Shown: positions 8,017 through 17,188 of the stretch, piece by piece | Layout: every line of letters starts with the position of its first letter | Numbering within the stretch: the first letter of the stretch is position 1 | DNA from: Acidobacteriota bacterium | GTDB lineage: Bacteria; Acidobacteriota; Vicinamibacteria; Vicinamibacterales; CAVVIG01 | Direction: 5' to 3' | Assembly: GCA_046734915.1 (NCBI GenBank) | Contig: JBKPSC010000231.1 | Span: 1 to 44,575, forward strand | DNA: 44,575 bases | Notes under the pieces: model-generated | Database searches by the model: none | What the model was told of the DNA's origin: nothing | What the model saw: the letters and a program-made list of their open reading frames with translations, nothing else | Made by a program: the position numbers and the translations under genes

Positions 8017-9768
8017 GTGCAGCAGGTGACCTTTATAGAGGAAGACGCCCGCATCCGGGCTCTCAGCGCCGAGCGGATTCTCGACGACGGCGCCGGGGTC
8101 CTTTTCAACGATCTCGTCCTCATCGCGGCGGCGACCTTCAGTGTACCGATCGCCGTCGTCAACTTCGTCGATCGCGATCGGCAGTGGTTCAAGGCCCGCG
8201 TCGGGATCACGCCGTCTGAGGCACCTCGGACGGTGGGCTTCTGTCCACTCGTCGTCGACGAGCGTGCTTCACTCGTCGTCGAGGACGCTGCCTCTCTACC
8301 CGAGTGGGCGCAGCGGCTGTCTGCCTTCGGCCGGCCGGTCCGCTTCTACGCGGGGGTGCCGATCATGGCGACCTCAGGACACGTCCTCGGCACAGTTTCC
8401 ATAGCCGACGAGCAGCCCCGGTCGTTCGGTCGTGATCAGATTGCCGTGCTCGAGGCGATCGCCCGGCAGGTGCTGCCGACGCTCGGCCTGCATAGACGTG
8501 CGGAGACCGAGGAGCAGACGGCAGAGCTCCGACGGGCCAATGAGAGCTTGCGATCCGAGGTGCGCGAGCGTCAGCGCACTGAGGACGCTCTGCGCCGCAG
8601 CCAGGAGAAGCTCGTGCAGTCAGAGAAGCTGCAGGCCATCACGCAGCTGGCCGGCGGCATCGCGCACGAGTTCAACAACCTGCTGGCCGTGATGTTCGGC
8701 TATCTTTCCCTGCTCGAAACGAACCTGGACGAAGAGGATCCGCGACGGGCCGACCTCCGGCGGGTCGCGGACTCGGCCGATCGCGCCGCCTTGCTCACGC
8801 GGCAGCTGCTGGCCTTCAGCCGGCACCAACGGCTGTCACCGCAGCTCGTCGACCTCAATACCCTGGTGGCGCGCCAGGAGCGCATGCTCGCGCGGGCAGT
8901 GGGCGATCAGGTGCGCCTGACGTTGGTGACTCCAGCCGAGGCCTGTCCGGTCCGGGTGGACCCGGCGCATGTAGAGCAGGTCCTCCTGAATCTGGCGATC
9001 AACGCCCGCGATGCCATGCCTGGCGGCGGGACGTTCACGATCACGATTTCGCCGGTTTCGGTCGATGACCTGCCGACGCGGGTCTCGGGCAGCATCGAAC
9101 CGGGCCCGTACATTTCACTCCAGGTCGCCGACACGGGTCACGGCATGACGCCTGAAGTGGTGACGCGAATTTTCGAACCGTTCTTCACCACCAAAGAGGT
9201 CGGCCGGGGCACCGGCCTTGGTCTGTCGACCGTCTACGGTGCCGTGACGCAGAGCGGCGGGTACATTCAGGTCGAGTCAACACTCGGCGGAGGCAGCACA
9301 TTTACCATCCTCCTGCCGCGCGTCGAGTCGGCCGCGCCAGGGGCTGCCGACGATGTTGTCCGCGTGACGCCGCGCGGCTCCGAAACGATTCTGGTCGCCG
9401 AGTGCGATCCGGCGCTCCGCGGACTGACGGCCGCGGCCCTGCGCCGCCACGGCTACTGGGTGCTCGAGGCCGCCGATGGCGTCGACGCGCTGGGCCTGTG
9501 TGTGCGGCAGGCCGGGCCGATTCACCTGCTGATTGTCGACGCGGTCATGCCGGACATGAGCGGCGCCGGCCTCGCGAAGCGGATGCTACCCACGCGCCCG
9601 CAGGCACGAGTCCTGTACATGTCCGGATATGACGGCGACCCCTCGTCGCTCGGTCTCGGGCCCGCCGACCCGGTCATCCACAAGCCGTTTTCGCCCGATG
9701 AACTGCTCGACCGTGTCCGCCGCCTGCTCGACAGCCGCGACGTGCCGTACCCGCGTCGGCATGATTGA
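8017..9768 (+). CDS. Hybrid sensor histidine kinase (GAF-HisKA-HATPase-REC, CckA/NtrB-like)
   Basis: GAF motif RFYAGVPI, H-box AGGIAHEFNNLL, N-box NLAINARDAM, DTGHGM, FEPFFTTK, GTGLGL, receiver LLIVDAVMP. The start is uncertain (GTG at 8017 or 8026; ORF open from 7930). Confidence 0.92.
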   Translation: MQQVTFIEEDARIRALSAERILDDGAGVLFNDLVLIAAATFSVPIAVVNFVDRDRQWFKARVGITPSEAPRTVGFCPLVVDERASLVVEDAASLPEWAQRLSAFGRPVRFYAGVPIMATSGHVLGTVSIADEQPRSFGRDQIAVLEAIARQVLPTLGLHRRAETEEQTAELRRANESLRSEVRERQRTEDALRRSQEKLVQSEKLQAITQLAGGIAHEFNNLLAVMFGYLSLLETNLDEEDPRRADLRRVADSADRAALLTRQLLAFSRHQRLSPQLVDLNTLVARQERMLARAVGDQVRLTLVTPAEACPVRVDPAHVEQVLLNLAINARDAMPGGGTFTITISPVSVDDLPTRVSGSIEPGPYISLQVADTGHGMTPEVVTRIFEPFFTTKEVGRGTGLGLSTVYGAVTQSGGYIQVESTLGGGSTFTILLPRVESAAPGAADDVVRVTPRGSETILVAECDPALRGLTAAALRRHGYWVLEAADGVDALGLCVRQAGPIHLLIVDAVMPDMSGAGLAKRMLPTRPQARVLYMSGYDGDPSSLGLGPADPVIHKPFSPDELLDRVRRLLDSRDVPYPRRHD

Positions 9769-10822
9769 AGCGCTGTTTCATGCCTGGGAAAGACGCCTGG
9801 CTTCCGTCACGACCGACCGCGTCGTCCGGCCGTTCGAGTGGGGGTTGGACTGGATCGATCGGCGGTCAGTGGTCGATGGCGACGCCGCGCACGACCAGCT
9901 CGAGGCGTGGGTCTCGCACGTCATGCAGGACAGCGACGCCTTCTTCAGCGCGCCGCCGACGCGCGAGTACCAGTTGAGCCGCGCGGACGCCCGCGGCGAG
10001 CAGATGCTCACCTTCCCCTCCGGGTTGGCCACGCCGCAGCCGACCAACAACACCGTGTACGCCCGGTTCGTCCCGGCGCGAAAGACCGCGGCCGGCGAGC
10101 CTCGCGCTGCAGTCCTGGTGCTGCCGCAGTGGAACGCTGACGAAGGCGGTCACGTCGCTCTGTGCCGGCTGCTCGCGCTCAACGGCCTGTCAGCCCTGCG
10201 CCTCAGTCTTCCCTACCACGATCGCCGGATGCCGGAGGAATTGCGTCGCGCCGACTATATCGTCAGCGCGAACATCGGCCGGACACTCCAGGTGTGCCGG
10301 CAGGCTGTAATAGATGCGCGGCGCGCGATCGCATGGCTCGCGGCGGTTGGCTTCGAGCGAATCGGCATCCTGGGCAGCAGCCTCGGCTCCTGCCTCTCGC
10401 TGCTGACGACGGCGCACGAACCGCTCGTCCGCGCACAGGCGCTCAACCACATCTCGCCGTATTTTGCCGACGTCGTCTGGCGGGGACTCTCGACCGAGCA
10501 CGTCCGCCAGGGCCTGAACGGTCACATCGGGCTCGATGGGTTGCGGAGGTTGTGGCGGCCGATCAGTCCCCAGTGGTACTTGGATCGCGTGCGGGATCGC
10601 CAGACGCTGCTCGTGTACGCCCGGTACGATCTGACCTTTCCCGTCGACCTATCCGAGGATCTCGTGCGCGAGTTCCGGCGCCGAGGCATTCCTCACGAGG
10701 TCGCCGTGCTGCCGTGCGGTCACTACAGCACGGGAAAAACGCCGTTCAAGTTCATCGACGGCTGGATTCTTACGCGGTTCCTGAAGCGAGCACTAAGTAG
10801 GGACGTAGGACTTAAGACTTAA
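9761..10822 (+). CDS. Alpha/beta hydrolase (ABHD18-like)
   Basis: ATG 9761 overlaps the kinase stop. Nucleophile elbow GSSLG, acid region YARYD, catalytic His in PCGHY. Confidence 0.82.
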   Translation: MIEALFHAWERRLASVTTDRVVRPFEWGLDWIDRRSVVDGDAAHDQLEAWVSHVMQDSDAFFSAPPTREYQLSRADARGEQMLTFPSGLATPQPTNNTVYARFVPARKTAAGEPRAAVLVLPQWNADEGGHVALCRLLALNGLSALRLSLPYHDRRMPEELRRADYIVSANIGRTLQVCRQAVIDARRAIAWLAAVGFERIGILGSSLGSCLSLLTTAHEPLVRAQALNHISPYFADVVWRGLSTEHVRQGLNGHIGLDGLRRLWRPISPQWYLDRVRDRQTLLVYARYDLTFPVDLSEDLVREFRRRGIPHEVAVLPCGHYSTGKTPFKFIDGWILTRFLKRALSRDVGLKT

Positions 10823-10843
10823 GACTTAAGACTTAAGACTTAA
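10809..10843. repeat. (GACTTAA)x5 perfect heptamer array
   Basis: gacttaa x5 between convergent genes; it supplies the hydrolase stop codon. Confidence 0.95.
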
Positions 10844-10849
10844 AGTCCC

Positions 10850-11431
10850 CTAATCCGTCGGCTTGATCAGCTTCGTGAAGAGCGCCCGGCGATCGAATCC
10901 GCGGTCTGCTGGTTTGGTCTCTGTCGTCGTCGGCTCGGGGGGCTTCGGGGGGAAAAAGAGCTCCATGAGTCGCGCTGCCGCCATCGTGAGGTCTTTGTAG
11001 TCGCTCAACTGATCTCTGACATCGGTCGCCAATTGCGTCAGCAGCGGACGCACCTGTTCGTACGGCAACGGCTTGTTCACCCACTTGTCGCGGAAGCTCA
11101 CGGTCCGGCGCTGCTCGACGGCGCCGTTGCTGGCAATCTGGCGGAGCGTATCGGCGTGCTCCGGCGAGAACTGATCAGGCAGCGAAGCGAGCACCGCGTC
11201 GAGATCAGCGGTCACGCGGTCGAACATGTCCGAGAAGAAATCGATGTACTCGAACGCCGCATTTGGATTCTCGAGCTGACGACGGACCTCTTCGACACGC
11301 TGCCGGAGCGTCAGCAGAGTGGAGCGTGAAGCTGCGGTGTCGGCGCGCCATTTCTCCAGGTGCACCTGCACCTGGTCGACGGTCGCAGGCTCGGCGGACA
11401 AGGACGGCGTGAGCGTCGATCGTTCCAGCAT
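10850..11431 (-). CDS. Hypothetical alpha-helical protein (193 aa)
   Basis: Clean ORF 2 nt downstream of the 67-aa gene; protein-like composition; no motif recognised. Confidence 0.8.
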   Translation of the reverse strand: MLERSTLTPSLSAEPATVDQVQVHLEKWRADTAASRSTLLTLRQRVEEVRRQLENPNAAFEYIDFFSDMFDRVTADLDAVLASLPDQFSPEHADTLRQIASNGAVEQRRTVSFRDKWVNKPLPYEQVRPLLTQLATDVRDQLSDYKDLTMAAARLMELFFPPKPPEPTTTETKPADRGFDRRALFTKLIKPTD

Positions 11432-11433
11432 GG

Positions 11434-11637
11434 TTACAGATACTTCAAAAGGCCCTCGAGCGCAGCCAGGAGCACCTCCGCCAGGTCGCGGACAAAGGGC
11501 GTGACGTCACCCTCGTTGACGGCATTGGCCACCGTGACCGGACTCGTGAGGAAGAGCCATGCGGTCGCGATCGCCAGCACCACGCCGACAAGGGCAATGG
11601 CCCCGAACACGCTGAGCCCAATGCGTTGGATGCTCAT
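11434..11637 (-). CDS. Small membrane protein (67 aa)
   Basis: Hydrophobic N-terminal helix IGLSVFGAIALVGVVLAIATAWLFL; operon spacing with its neighbours. Confidence 0.75.
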   Translation of the reverse strand: MSIQRIGLSVFGAIALVGVVLAIATAWLFLTSPVTVANAVNEGDVTPFVRDLAEVLLAALEGLLKYL

Positions 11638-11654
11638 GGCAAGGGGTTAAAGGC

Positions 11655-11736
11655 AACGGTTCACAGGTTCACACGTTCACGGGTTCACCGGTTCAGCGCC
11701 CGTGAACCAGTGAACCCGTGAACCTGTGAACCCGTT
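11655..11736. repeat. Inverted pair of 8-mer tandem arrays, (GGTTCACN)x5 / (GTGAACCN)x4, able to form a long hairpin
   Basis: aacggttcacaggttcacacgttcacgggttcaccggttca-gcgccc-gtgaaccagtgaacccgtgaacctgtgaacccgtt. Confidence 0.9.
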
Positions 11737-11738
11737 CC

Positions 11739-13106
11739 TTATACTGCCGTCGCCGACAGCACGACGGGTTCACCAAGCTGAAGCGCCGCCAGGTCGCCGC
11801 CGATAGCATCGAGGTCGCCGACGATCAACGTGGTCAGACGTTCAGGGTGCAGGTGACGTTCCGCGGCGCGGGTCACGTCCTCGGGCGTCACGCGCTCGAC
11901 CGCGGGGACGAACTGCGCGAAGTAGTCATCGGGCAGATCGTGCAGCACGATTTGCGTGACGGCACGCGCCACCTGCTCCGCGGTCTCGAAATTGCGAGCG
12001 TATCCACGGGTCAGCGCCGCGATGCCCAGCGCCAGCTCTTCGGCCGTCACCGGCCGCGGACCGCGGATCGCCGAGATTTCGGCCAGCGACTCCTCGATGG
12101 CGCGCCCGGTGGCCGCCGTGTGCACGCTGACCTGCAGCGCAAAGGGCCCGGCGTGCCGCCGGAAGTCGAACGACGTCCGAGCGCCATAGGTAAACCCTTT
12201 GTCCTCACGTAGATTCAGGTTGATGCGGCTGACGAACTGCCCGCCGAGCACCATGTTGGCGGCGACGAGCGCGTGGTAGTCCGGCGTGTTGCGCGGTACG
12301 GCCACGTGTCCGATGCGGAGCTCCGACTGCGGCGCGCCCGGCCGCGGAATCACGTTCAGCGCCGCCGGCCGCGGCAGGTCGCCGGAGAACGCCGTCGCCG
12401 GCGTGGCGCCGCCGTTCCAGTTCTCGAACGCGGTGGCCGCAAGTCGGCGGATGGTCGCATGATCGCAGTCCCCGACGGCGACGAGCGTCGTTTCACCCGG
12501 ACGCATCGCCGCCGCATGAAACCGCCGCACGTCGTCGAGCGTCATGCCGGCCAGCGAGGATTCTGTGCCGAGCGGCGTATGCCCGTACGGGTGCGCGCCG
12601 TACAACAGGCTCGCGAACGTCCGATCGGCGACGGCACCGGGCATGTCGCGTAGCTGGGTCAGCCGATGGAGCCGCAGCTGCCGCACGCGATCGAAGTCCT
12701 CGTGACGCAGCGCCGGTCTGGCCACCATCTCGGCGAGCAGATGCATGGCGCGATCGGTGAATCGCGTCAGGACTGTCGTGCCGACCATGGCGGCGTCTGA
12801 GCCGATGTCGGATTCGAGCTGCGCCCCGATTCGCGCGAGCTCCTCGTGCATCTCAATCGCCGAGTGGGTCCCGCTTCCTTCATCGAGCATGTCGAGCGTC
12901 ATCGCCGCGAGACCTTCCCGACCTGGTGGATCGTCGGCGGCGCCGCGCTTGATGAGCAGCATGACCGAGACCAGCGGAATGATCGCGTGAGCGACCGACC
13001 AGACGTGCAGGCCGTTCGGCAGAACCGACTTTTCAATCGGCGGAAAGTGAAAGACCGGTGATGGACCGGGCTCTGGAAGCTTTGACCGGTCGACGTTCAC
13101 GGTCAC
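11739..13106 (-). CDS. M16 family peptidase, non-catalytic subunit
   Basis: GLAAMTLDMLDEGS with no HxxEH, HPYG, SRINLNLREDKGFTYG; GTGA-coupled to the catalytic partner. Confidence 0.92.
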   Translation of the reverse strand: MTVNVDRSKLPEPGPSPVFHFPPIEKSVLPNGLHVWSVAHAIIPLVSVMLLIKRGAADDPPGREGLAAMTLDMLDEGSGTHSAIEMHEELARIGAQLESDIGSDAAMVGTTVLTRFTDRAMHLLAEMVARPALRHEDFDRVRQLRLHRLTQLRDMPGAVADRTFASLLYGAHPYGHTPLGTESSLAGMTLDDVRRFHAAAMRPGETTLVAVGDCDHATIRRLAATAFENWNGGATPATAFSGDLPRPAALNVIPRPGAPQSELRIGHVAVPRNTPDYHALVAANMVLGGQFVSRINLNLREDKGFTYGARTSFDFRRHAGPFALQVSVHTAATGRAIEESLAEISAIRGPRPVTAEELALGIAALTRGYARNFETAEQVARAVTQIVLHDLPDDYFAQFVPAVERVTPEDVTRAAERHLHPERLTTLIVGDLDAIGGDLAALQLGEPVVLSATAV

Positions 13107-14410
13107 GAGACCACCGCCACGGTCGACCCCGGCAGTGCCAGATCCGTTCGGCCCCGGGGCACGATGCTCAGCGCCACGCGCCGGCTGTGGTGCACAAACT
13201 CCGCGACGGCAGCCATCAGCGATTCGCGGGTCACCTGCTGGTAACGCGCCAGATCGCGTTCGAAAAACGCCGGATCGGAGAGAAACACGTTATAGGCATT
13301 CAGCTGATCGGACTTGCCGCCGAATCCGCCGACACTCTGCAGCCGGAACATGAACTGCGATTCGGCCTGCACGCGCCCGCGAGCCATCTCGTCCGGCGTC
13401 GGACCCTCGGTCGCCAGCCGATCGATCTCCTCGGCGATCGCCGATTCGAGCTCGGCGAGTCGATGGCCGGGGGCGGCGGTGGCGGCAATCTGCATGAAGC
13501 CGGCGATTTCGCGCGAGTTCTGGGCTGCTGAGACGTCGGTGGCGATGCGTTCCTCGAACACGAGCCGGCGGTAGAGCCGCGATGTCTTGCCATTGGCGAT
13601 GACGTCAGCGGCCAGGTCCAGCGCGGCATCGCCATCGGCAAACATCGCCGGCGACTGCCAGGCCAGGTACAGCCGTGGCAACTCGACGCGATCTTCGTGA
13701 ACCAGCCGGGTTTCGCCGGTGAGGCCCGGCGTCTCGGGGCGGACCGGCGCGGTCGCCGGCCCCGGCGGCAGCTCCTCGAAGTGCGCGCGGGCCAGGGCGA
13801 GGGCGCGTTCGACGCTTACATCGCCGGCGATCGTCAGCGACGCATTGGCGGGATGGTAGTAGGTCGCGAAGAATTGCCGGACGTCGTCGAGCTGCGCGGC
13901 GTGAAGATCGCTGATTTCGCCGATGGTCGTCCAATGATAGGGGTGCTCGGGCGGATAGAGCGCCGCCAGCATCACCATCGGCGCCAGCCCATACGGCCGG
14001 TTCTCGTAGTTCTGACGCCGCTCGTTCAACACCACGTCCCGTTGGTTGGCGAACTTGGCTTCCGTCAGGGCTGGAAGCAGATACCCCATGCGATCCGATT
14101 CCATCCACAGCGCGAGCTCGAGGGCGTTGGTCGGAACGACTTCCCAGTAGTTCGTGCGGTCGGAGTTGGTCGAGCCGTTCAGCGAGGCGCCCGCGCCTTG
14201 CAGTGGCTGGAAATAACCGTGATCGTGATGCTGCGAGCCTTCGAACATCAGGTGCTCGAAGAGATGCGCGAAGCCGGTGCGGCCCGGCACTTCGTTTTTC
14301 GAACCGACGTGATACCAGACGTTGACGGCCACGATGGGACACGCATGATCCTCGTGCACCAGAACGTCGAGCCCGTTGGCGAGCGTGTGCTTCTCGAAGG
14401 GGATGTTCAT
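13103..14410 (-). CDS. M16 family zinc peptidase, catalytic subunit
   Basis: WYHVGSKNE, GFAHLFEHLMFEGS (HxxEH), NGSTNSDRTNY, ESDRM, VVLNERRQ. Confidence 0.95.
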   Translation of the reverse strand: MNIPFEKHTLANGLDVLVHEDHACPIVAVNVWYHVGSKNEVPGRTGFAHLFEHLMFEGSQHHDHGYFQPLQGAGASLNGSTNSDRTNYWEVVPTNALELALWMESDRMGYLLPALTEAKFANQRDVVLNERRQNYENRPYGLAPMVMLAALYPPEHPYHWTTIGEISDLHAAQLDDVRQFFATYYHPANASLTIAGDVSVERALALARAHFEELPPGPATAPVRPETPGLTGETRLVHEDRVELPRLYLAWQSPAMFADGDAALDLAADVIANGKTSRLYRRLVFEERIATDVSAAQNSREIAGFMQIAATAAPGHRLAELESAIAEEIDRLATEGPTPDEMARGRVQAESQFMFRLQSVGGFGGKSDQLNAYNVFLSDPAFFERDLARYQQVTRESLMAAVAEFVHHSRRVALSIVPRGRTDLALPGSTVAVVS

Positions 14411-15489
14411 GGCACCGGCGTCAGCGGAATCGTCGGTCGCGTGTAGCTGGCAATCGACAGCTGCGCCGCAGTCTGCTCCGCCACGCCGATGAACGCCCGC
14501 GTCGCGGCGACCTCCGGTTCGGCGACGACGAGCGGAATGCCAACGTCGCCGCCTTCGCGAATCGGCTGATAAATCGGGATCCGGCCGAGGAAGGGCACGC
14601 CGAGCTCCGCGGCCAGATTTTCGCCGCCGCCTCGCCCGAAGATGTCGGACTCGTGGCCGCAGTCCGGGCAGGTGAAGTAGCTCATGTTCTCAATCAGGCC
14701 GAGCGGCTGGATGTTGAGCTTCTTGTACATCGCCACCGCTCGACGCGTGTCGGCCAGCGACACCTGCTGCGGCGTCGTCACGACGATGGCCCCGGCGGTC
14801 GGGACGCTCTGGCTGAGCGTCAGCGCGACGTCTCCCGTGCCGGGCGGCATGTCGATGATGAGATAGTCGAGATTCGTCCAGCGCACTTCACGGAAGAACT
14901 GCTGCAATGCCCCGTGCAGCATGGGACCGCGCCAGATAATCGGCGCATCGTCTGCGGTGAGGAAGCCCATGGAGATGACCTGCAGGCCGTACTTCTCGGC
15001 CGGCACGATCTTCTGACCGTCCGTCATGAGCTGCGTCTTGATGCCCAGCATGATCGGCACGTTCGGACCGTAGATGTCGCCGTCGATCAGGCCGACCTTG
15101 CTGCCGCACTTCGCCAGCGCGAGCGCGAGGTTCACCGCGACGGTGGTCTTCCCGACTCCGCCTTTGCCCGCGCCGACGGCGACGATGTTCTTGACGCCGG
15201 GAATTGGCTGGCGCGGCCCGTCGCCGCCGAGTGAGGCGGAGCGCACGCTGGCGCTCATCGTGACGTCGACGCTGGCCACTCCGGGCAGCTGCATCACCGC
15301 TGCGCGCGCCTGATCGCGCATCTGGTCTTTGACCGGACACGCGGGCGTGGTCAGCTCGATGGTGAAGGCGACGCGGTCGCCGTCGATTTTCAAATCTTTG
15401 ATGAATCCCAGGCTGACGATGTCGCGGTGGAGATCGGGGTCGCGAACCACGGCGAGCGCACCCAGGACGGCGGCGTCTGTAACTGGCAT
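14407..15489 (-). CDS. mrp: Mrp/ApbC (NBP35 family) Fe-S cluster carrier ATPase with N-terminal DUF59 domain
   Basis: DPDLHRDIVSLG...TTPACP (DUF59), GKGGVGKTT, DIYGPNVP, WRGPM, DMPPGTGD, VTTPQ, ENMSYFTCPDC. Start at ATG 15489. Confidence 0.95.
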   Translation of the reverse strand: MPVTDAAVLGALAVVRDPDLHRDIVSLGFIKDLKIDGDRVAFTIELTTPACPVKDQMRDQARAAVMQLPGVASVDVTMSASVRSASLGGDGPRQPIPGVKNIVAVGAGKGGVGKTTVAVNLALALAKCGSKVGLIDGDIYGPNVPIMLGIKTQLMTDGQKIVPAEKYGLQVISMGFLTADDAPIIWRGPMLHGALQQFFREVRWTNLDYLIIDMPPGTGDVALTLSQSVPTAGAIVVTTPQQVSLADTRRAVAMYKKLNIQPLGLIENMSYFTCPDCGHESDIFGRGGGENLAAELGVPFLGRIPIYQPIREGGDVGIPLVVAEPEVAATRAFIGVAEQTAAQLSIASYTRPTIPLTPVP

Positions 15490-15516
15490 GATTCCAAGAA
15501 TAACAGGGAAAAACTG

Positions 15517-15670
15517 GGGAATGAAGGAATCAGGGAATGAGGGAATGAAGGAATGGAAACGCGGGAATGCGGAAATGAAGGCGATGGAAGAGCCGGCGTC
15601 CTGGCCATCCCACATTCCCCGGCTCGATCATTGCCATTCCCTCATTCCCTCATTCCTTCATTCCGCATTC
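15517..15670. repeat. Inverted pair of 8-mer tandem arrays, (GGAATGAR)n ... (CATTCCYT)n
   Basis: gggaatgaaggaatcagggaatgagggaatgaaggaatgg... at 15517-15580 faces ...cattccctcattccctcattccttcattccgcattc at 15612-15670. Confidence 0.88.
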
Positions 15671-15683
15671 TCCAATGTCCGTT

Positions 15684-16064
15684 CTAGGTTGCTGTTTCGA
15701 ACAGCTTCCGCCCCTGGTGGTGCAGGAGTGTCCAGAGAGCGTAGCAGCCGAGGGCGGTGCCGTAAGGCAGAAGCAGGAGATCGACGGAGCCGAGCATCAA
15801 TGCGGCCAGGCGTGACCAATGGCGGTGGCGGCGCAACGGAAGACCGACCGCGATGTGCGCTGCGCCCCAGATGATGGCGAGCAGGGCCAGGGCCGTGAAC
15901 GCCGCCGCCATGACGCTGGCGGCGAACTGGCCGCCGTGCTCAGACGCAGATGCGGCCAGCGCGATTGCGGCGACGCCGAGGGCCAGCGTCGACAGGCCGA
16001 TGAGCGTGATCATCACGCCCCACACGACGAAGAGCACACCGGCCAGCTCGACGTGAAAGCTCAC
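15684..16064 (-). CDS. Hypothetical membrane protein (about 3 TM helices)
   Basis: Long hydrophobic stretches and the motif 'LLLLPYGTALGCYALWTL'; 4 nt downstream of the DnaJ-like gene. Confidence 0.8.
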   Translation of the reverse strand: MSFHVELAGVLFVVWGVMITLIGLSTLALGVAAIALAASASEHGGQFAASVMAAAFTALALLAIIWGAAHIAVGLPLRRHRHWSRLAALMLGSVDLLLLPYGTALGCYALWTLLHHQGRKLFETAT

Positions 16065-16068
16065 GGCG

Positions 16069-16533
16069 TCAGGCCGCGGAAGGACGAACCGCGACGCGGA
16101 CCTCGACGCTCAGCGGCACGGCGCTCGGCACGTGCACGCGGAAGCGGAGACGCGCGCCGTCTTCGACGCCGGCCGGCACGGAGACGCGAACCGGGTGGTG
16201 CACCGGCGCGTGACCGGTGCCGCGACAGGCAGCGCACGGCTCGGCCCACGTTTCACCCCGTCCGCCGCAGCGCGGACACGTGCCGCGCAGGGTCACGTCG
16301 AGCGGGACGGTCGTCCCGCGCGAGGCCTCCCGCTTCGATACCGACACCTCGGTCGTCAACGTCTCGACGTCGGACGGCACGCCGAGAAATCGATCGCGGA
16401 CGCGCGGCACGAACTGGCCCACCGACGGGAAATCAATGGCGACTTCGTCGGCGAAGCAGTCACGCGGCCCGTGCGACAGTCCCCGCGTGTCACGTTCGGC
16501 GTGTGGCAGAAACCGGAAGCGCTCGCTGCTCAC
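16069..16533 (-). CDS. DnaJ-like Zn-finger/C-terminal domain protein lacking a J-domain
   Basis: CPRCGGRG...CAACRGTG (two CxxCxGxG repeats) and VSVPAGVEDGARLRF (DnaJ CTD motif); no HPD motif. Confidence 0.8.
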   Translation of the reverse strand: MSSERFRFLPHAERDTRGLSHGPRDCFADEVAIDFPSVGQFVPRVRDRFLGVPSDVETLTTEVSVSKREASRGTTVPLDVTLRGTCPRCGGRGETWAEPCAACRGTGHAPVHHPVRVSVPAGVEDGARLRFRVHVPSAVPLSVEVRVAVRPSAA

Positions 16534-16545
16534 GATAACCTCGGT

Positions 16546-16596
16546 ACGATAGGAGTCGATCCGTCGCTTGTCAAGGAAGGGACGCGGTGCTACCGT
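16546..16596. promoter_or_regulatory. Overlapping divergent sigma70-like promoters
   Basis: Minus: TTGACA (16569-16574)-17-TATCGT (16546-16551). Plus: TTGTCA (16568-16573)-17-TACCGT (16591-16596), with an extended TG. Confidence 0.65.
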
Positions 16597-16604
16597 GCAC
16601 GGCA

Positions 16605-16787
16605 GTGCCCGACACCGGTTCGCGCGATTGCCCGATGTGCGGCGGCACGATGCAGCTCAGACGGCTGCAGCGCGTGACGCCGATACCCGGCAATCCGAAG
16701 GCGATGACGAAGACGGTCGCCGAGTGGGTCTGTCCTGATTGCGACTACTTCGAAGAGGACGAAGAGGGAAGCCCGGAAGGCTCGTAA
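16605..16787 (+). CDS. Small Zn-ribbon protein (CPMC...CPDC) with acidic tail
   Basis: Two CxxC knuckles ending WVCPDCDYFEE. Start placed at GTG 16605, just after the -10 box (ORF open from 16587). Confidence 0.72.
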   Translation: MPDTGSRDCPMCGGTMQLRRLQRVTPIPGNPKAMTKTVAEWVCPDCDYFEEDEEGSPEGS

Positions 16788-16823
16788 GGCGTGCCGCCCA
16801 GGGCAACGCCCTGCCGGGGGTCT

Positions 16824-17045
16824 TCAGCGCGCGCCGATGGTCAGCAGGACTTCCTTGCGGAGGGTATCCTCGAACTCTTCGAACTTCAGGGCGGACTCGC
16901 ACTCGTCGCACAGCACTTCGAGCACAGCCGGACGACTCTCTTCCGACACTTCCACGCGCCCATCCTCGAGATGGACGACGTGCATCTGCAGCGTCTTGAC
17001 CTGGAAGTTCCGGTCGTTGCCGCAGTTAGGGCAAGTCAACGTCAC
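16824..17045 (-). CDS. Small Zn-ribbon protein (CPNC...CDEC), 73 aa
   Basis: SD AAGGGAG upstream of GTG 17045; two CxxC motifs. Confidence 0.8.
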   Translation of the reverse strand: MTLTCPNCGNDRNFQVKTLQMHVVHLEDGRVEVSEESRPAVLEVLCDECESALKFEEFEDTLRKEVLLTIGAR

Positions 17046-17188
17046 GTACGATCTCCCTTGTGCCCCGGTCCGGGGCGACTGCCGATCCGAATTGATTCTA
17101 TGTAATGGCACTGGCCGGGCGCAATGAAAAACGCCTGGAATTACGCGAATTCTCGTGAATTCCCGGCAAATCTGCTAACGTGCCGCCG

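Noticed and set aside
15490-15615. N-terminal extension of Mrp (FHSFIPSFPDSFIPQF)
   Set aside because: It is a translation of the GGAATGAR repeat array; the homology-consistent start is ATG 15489, with a -10 box just upstream.
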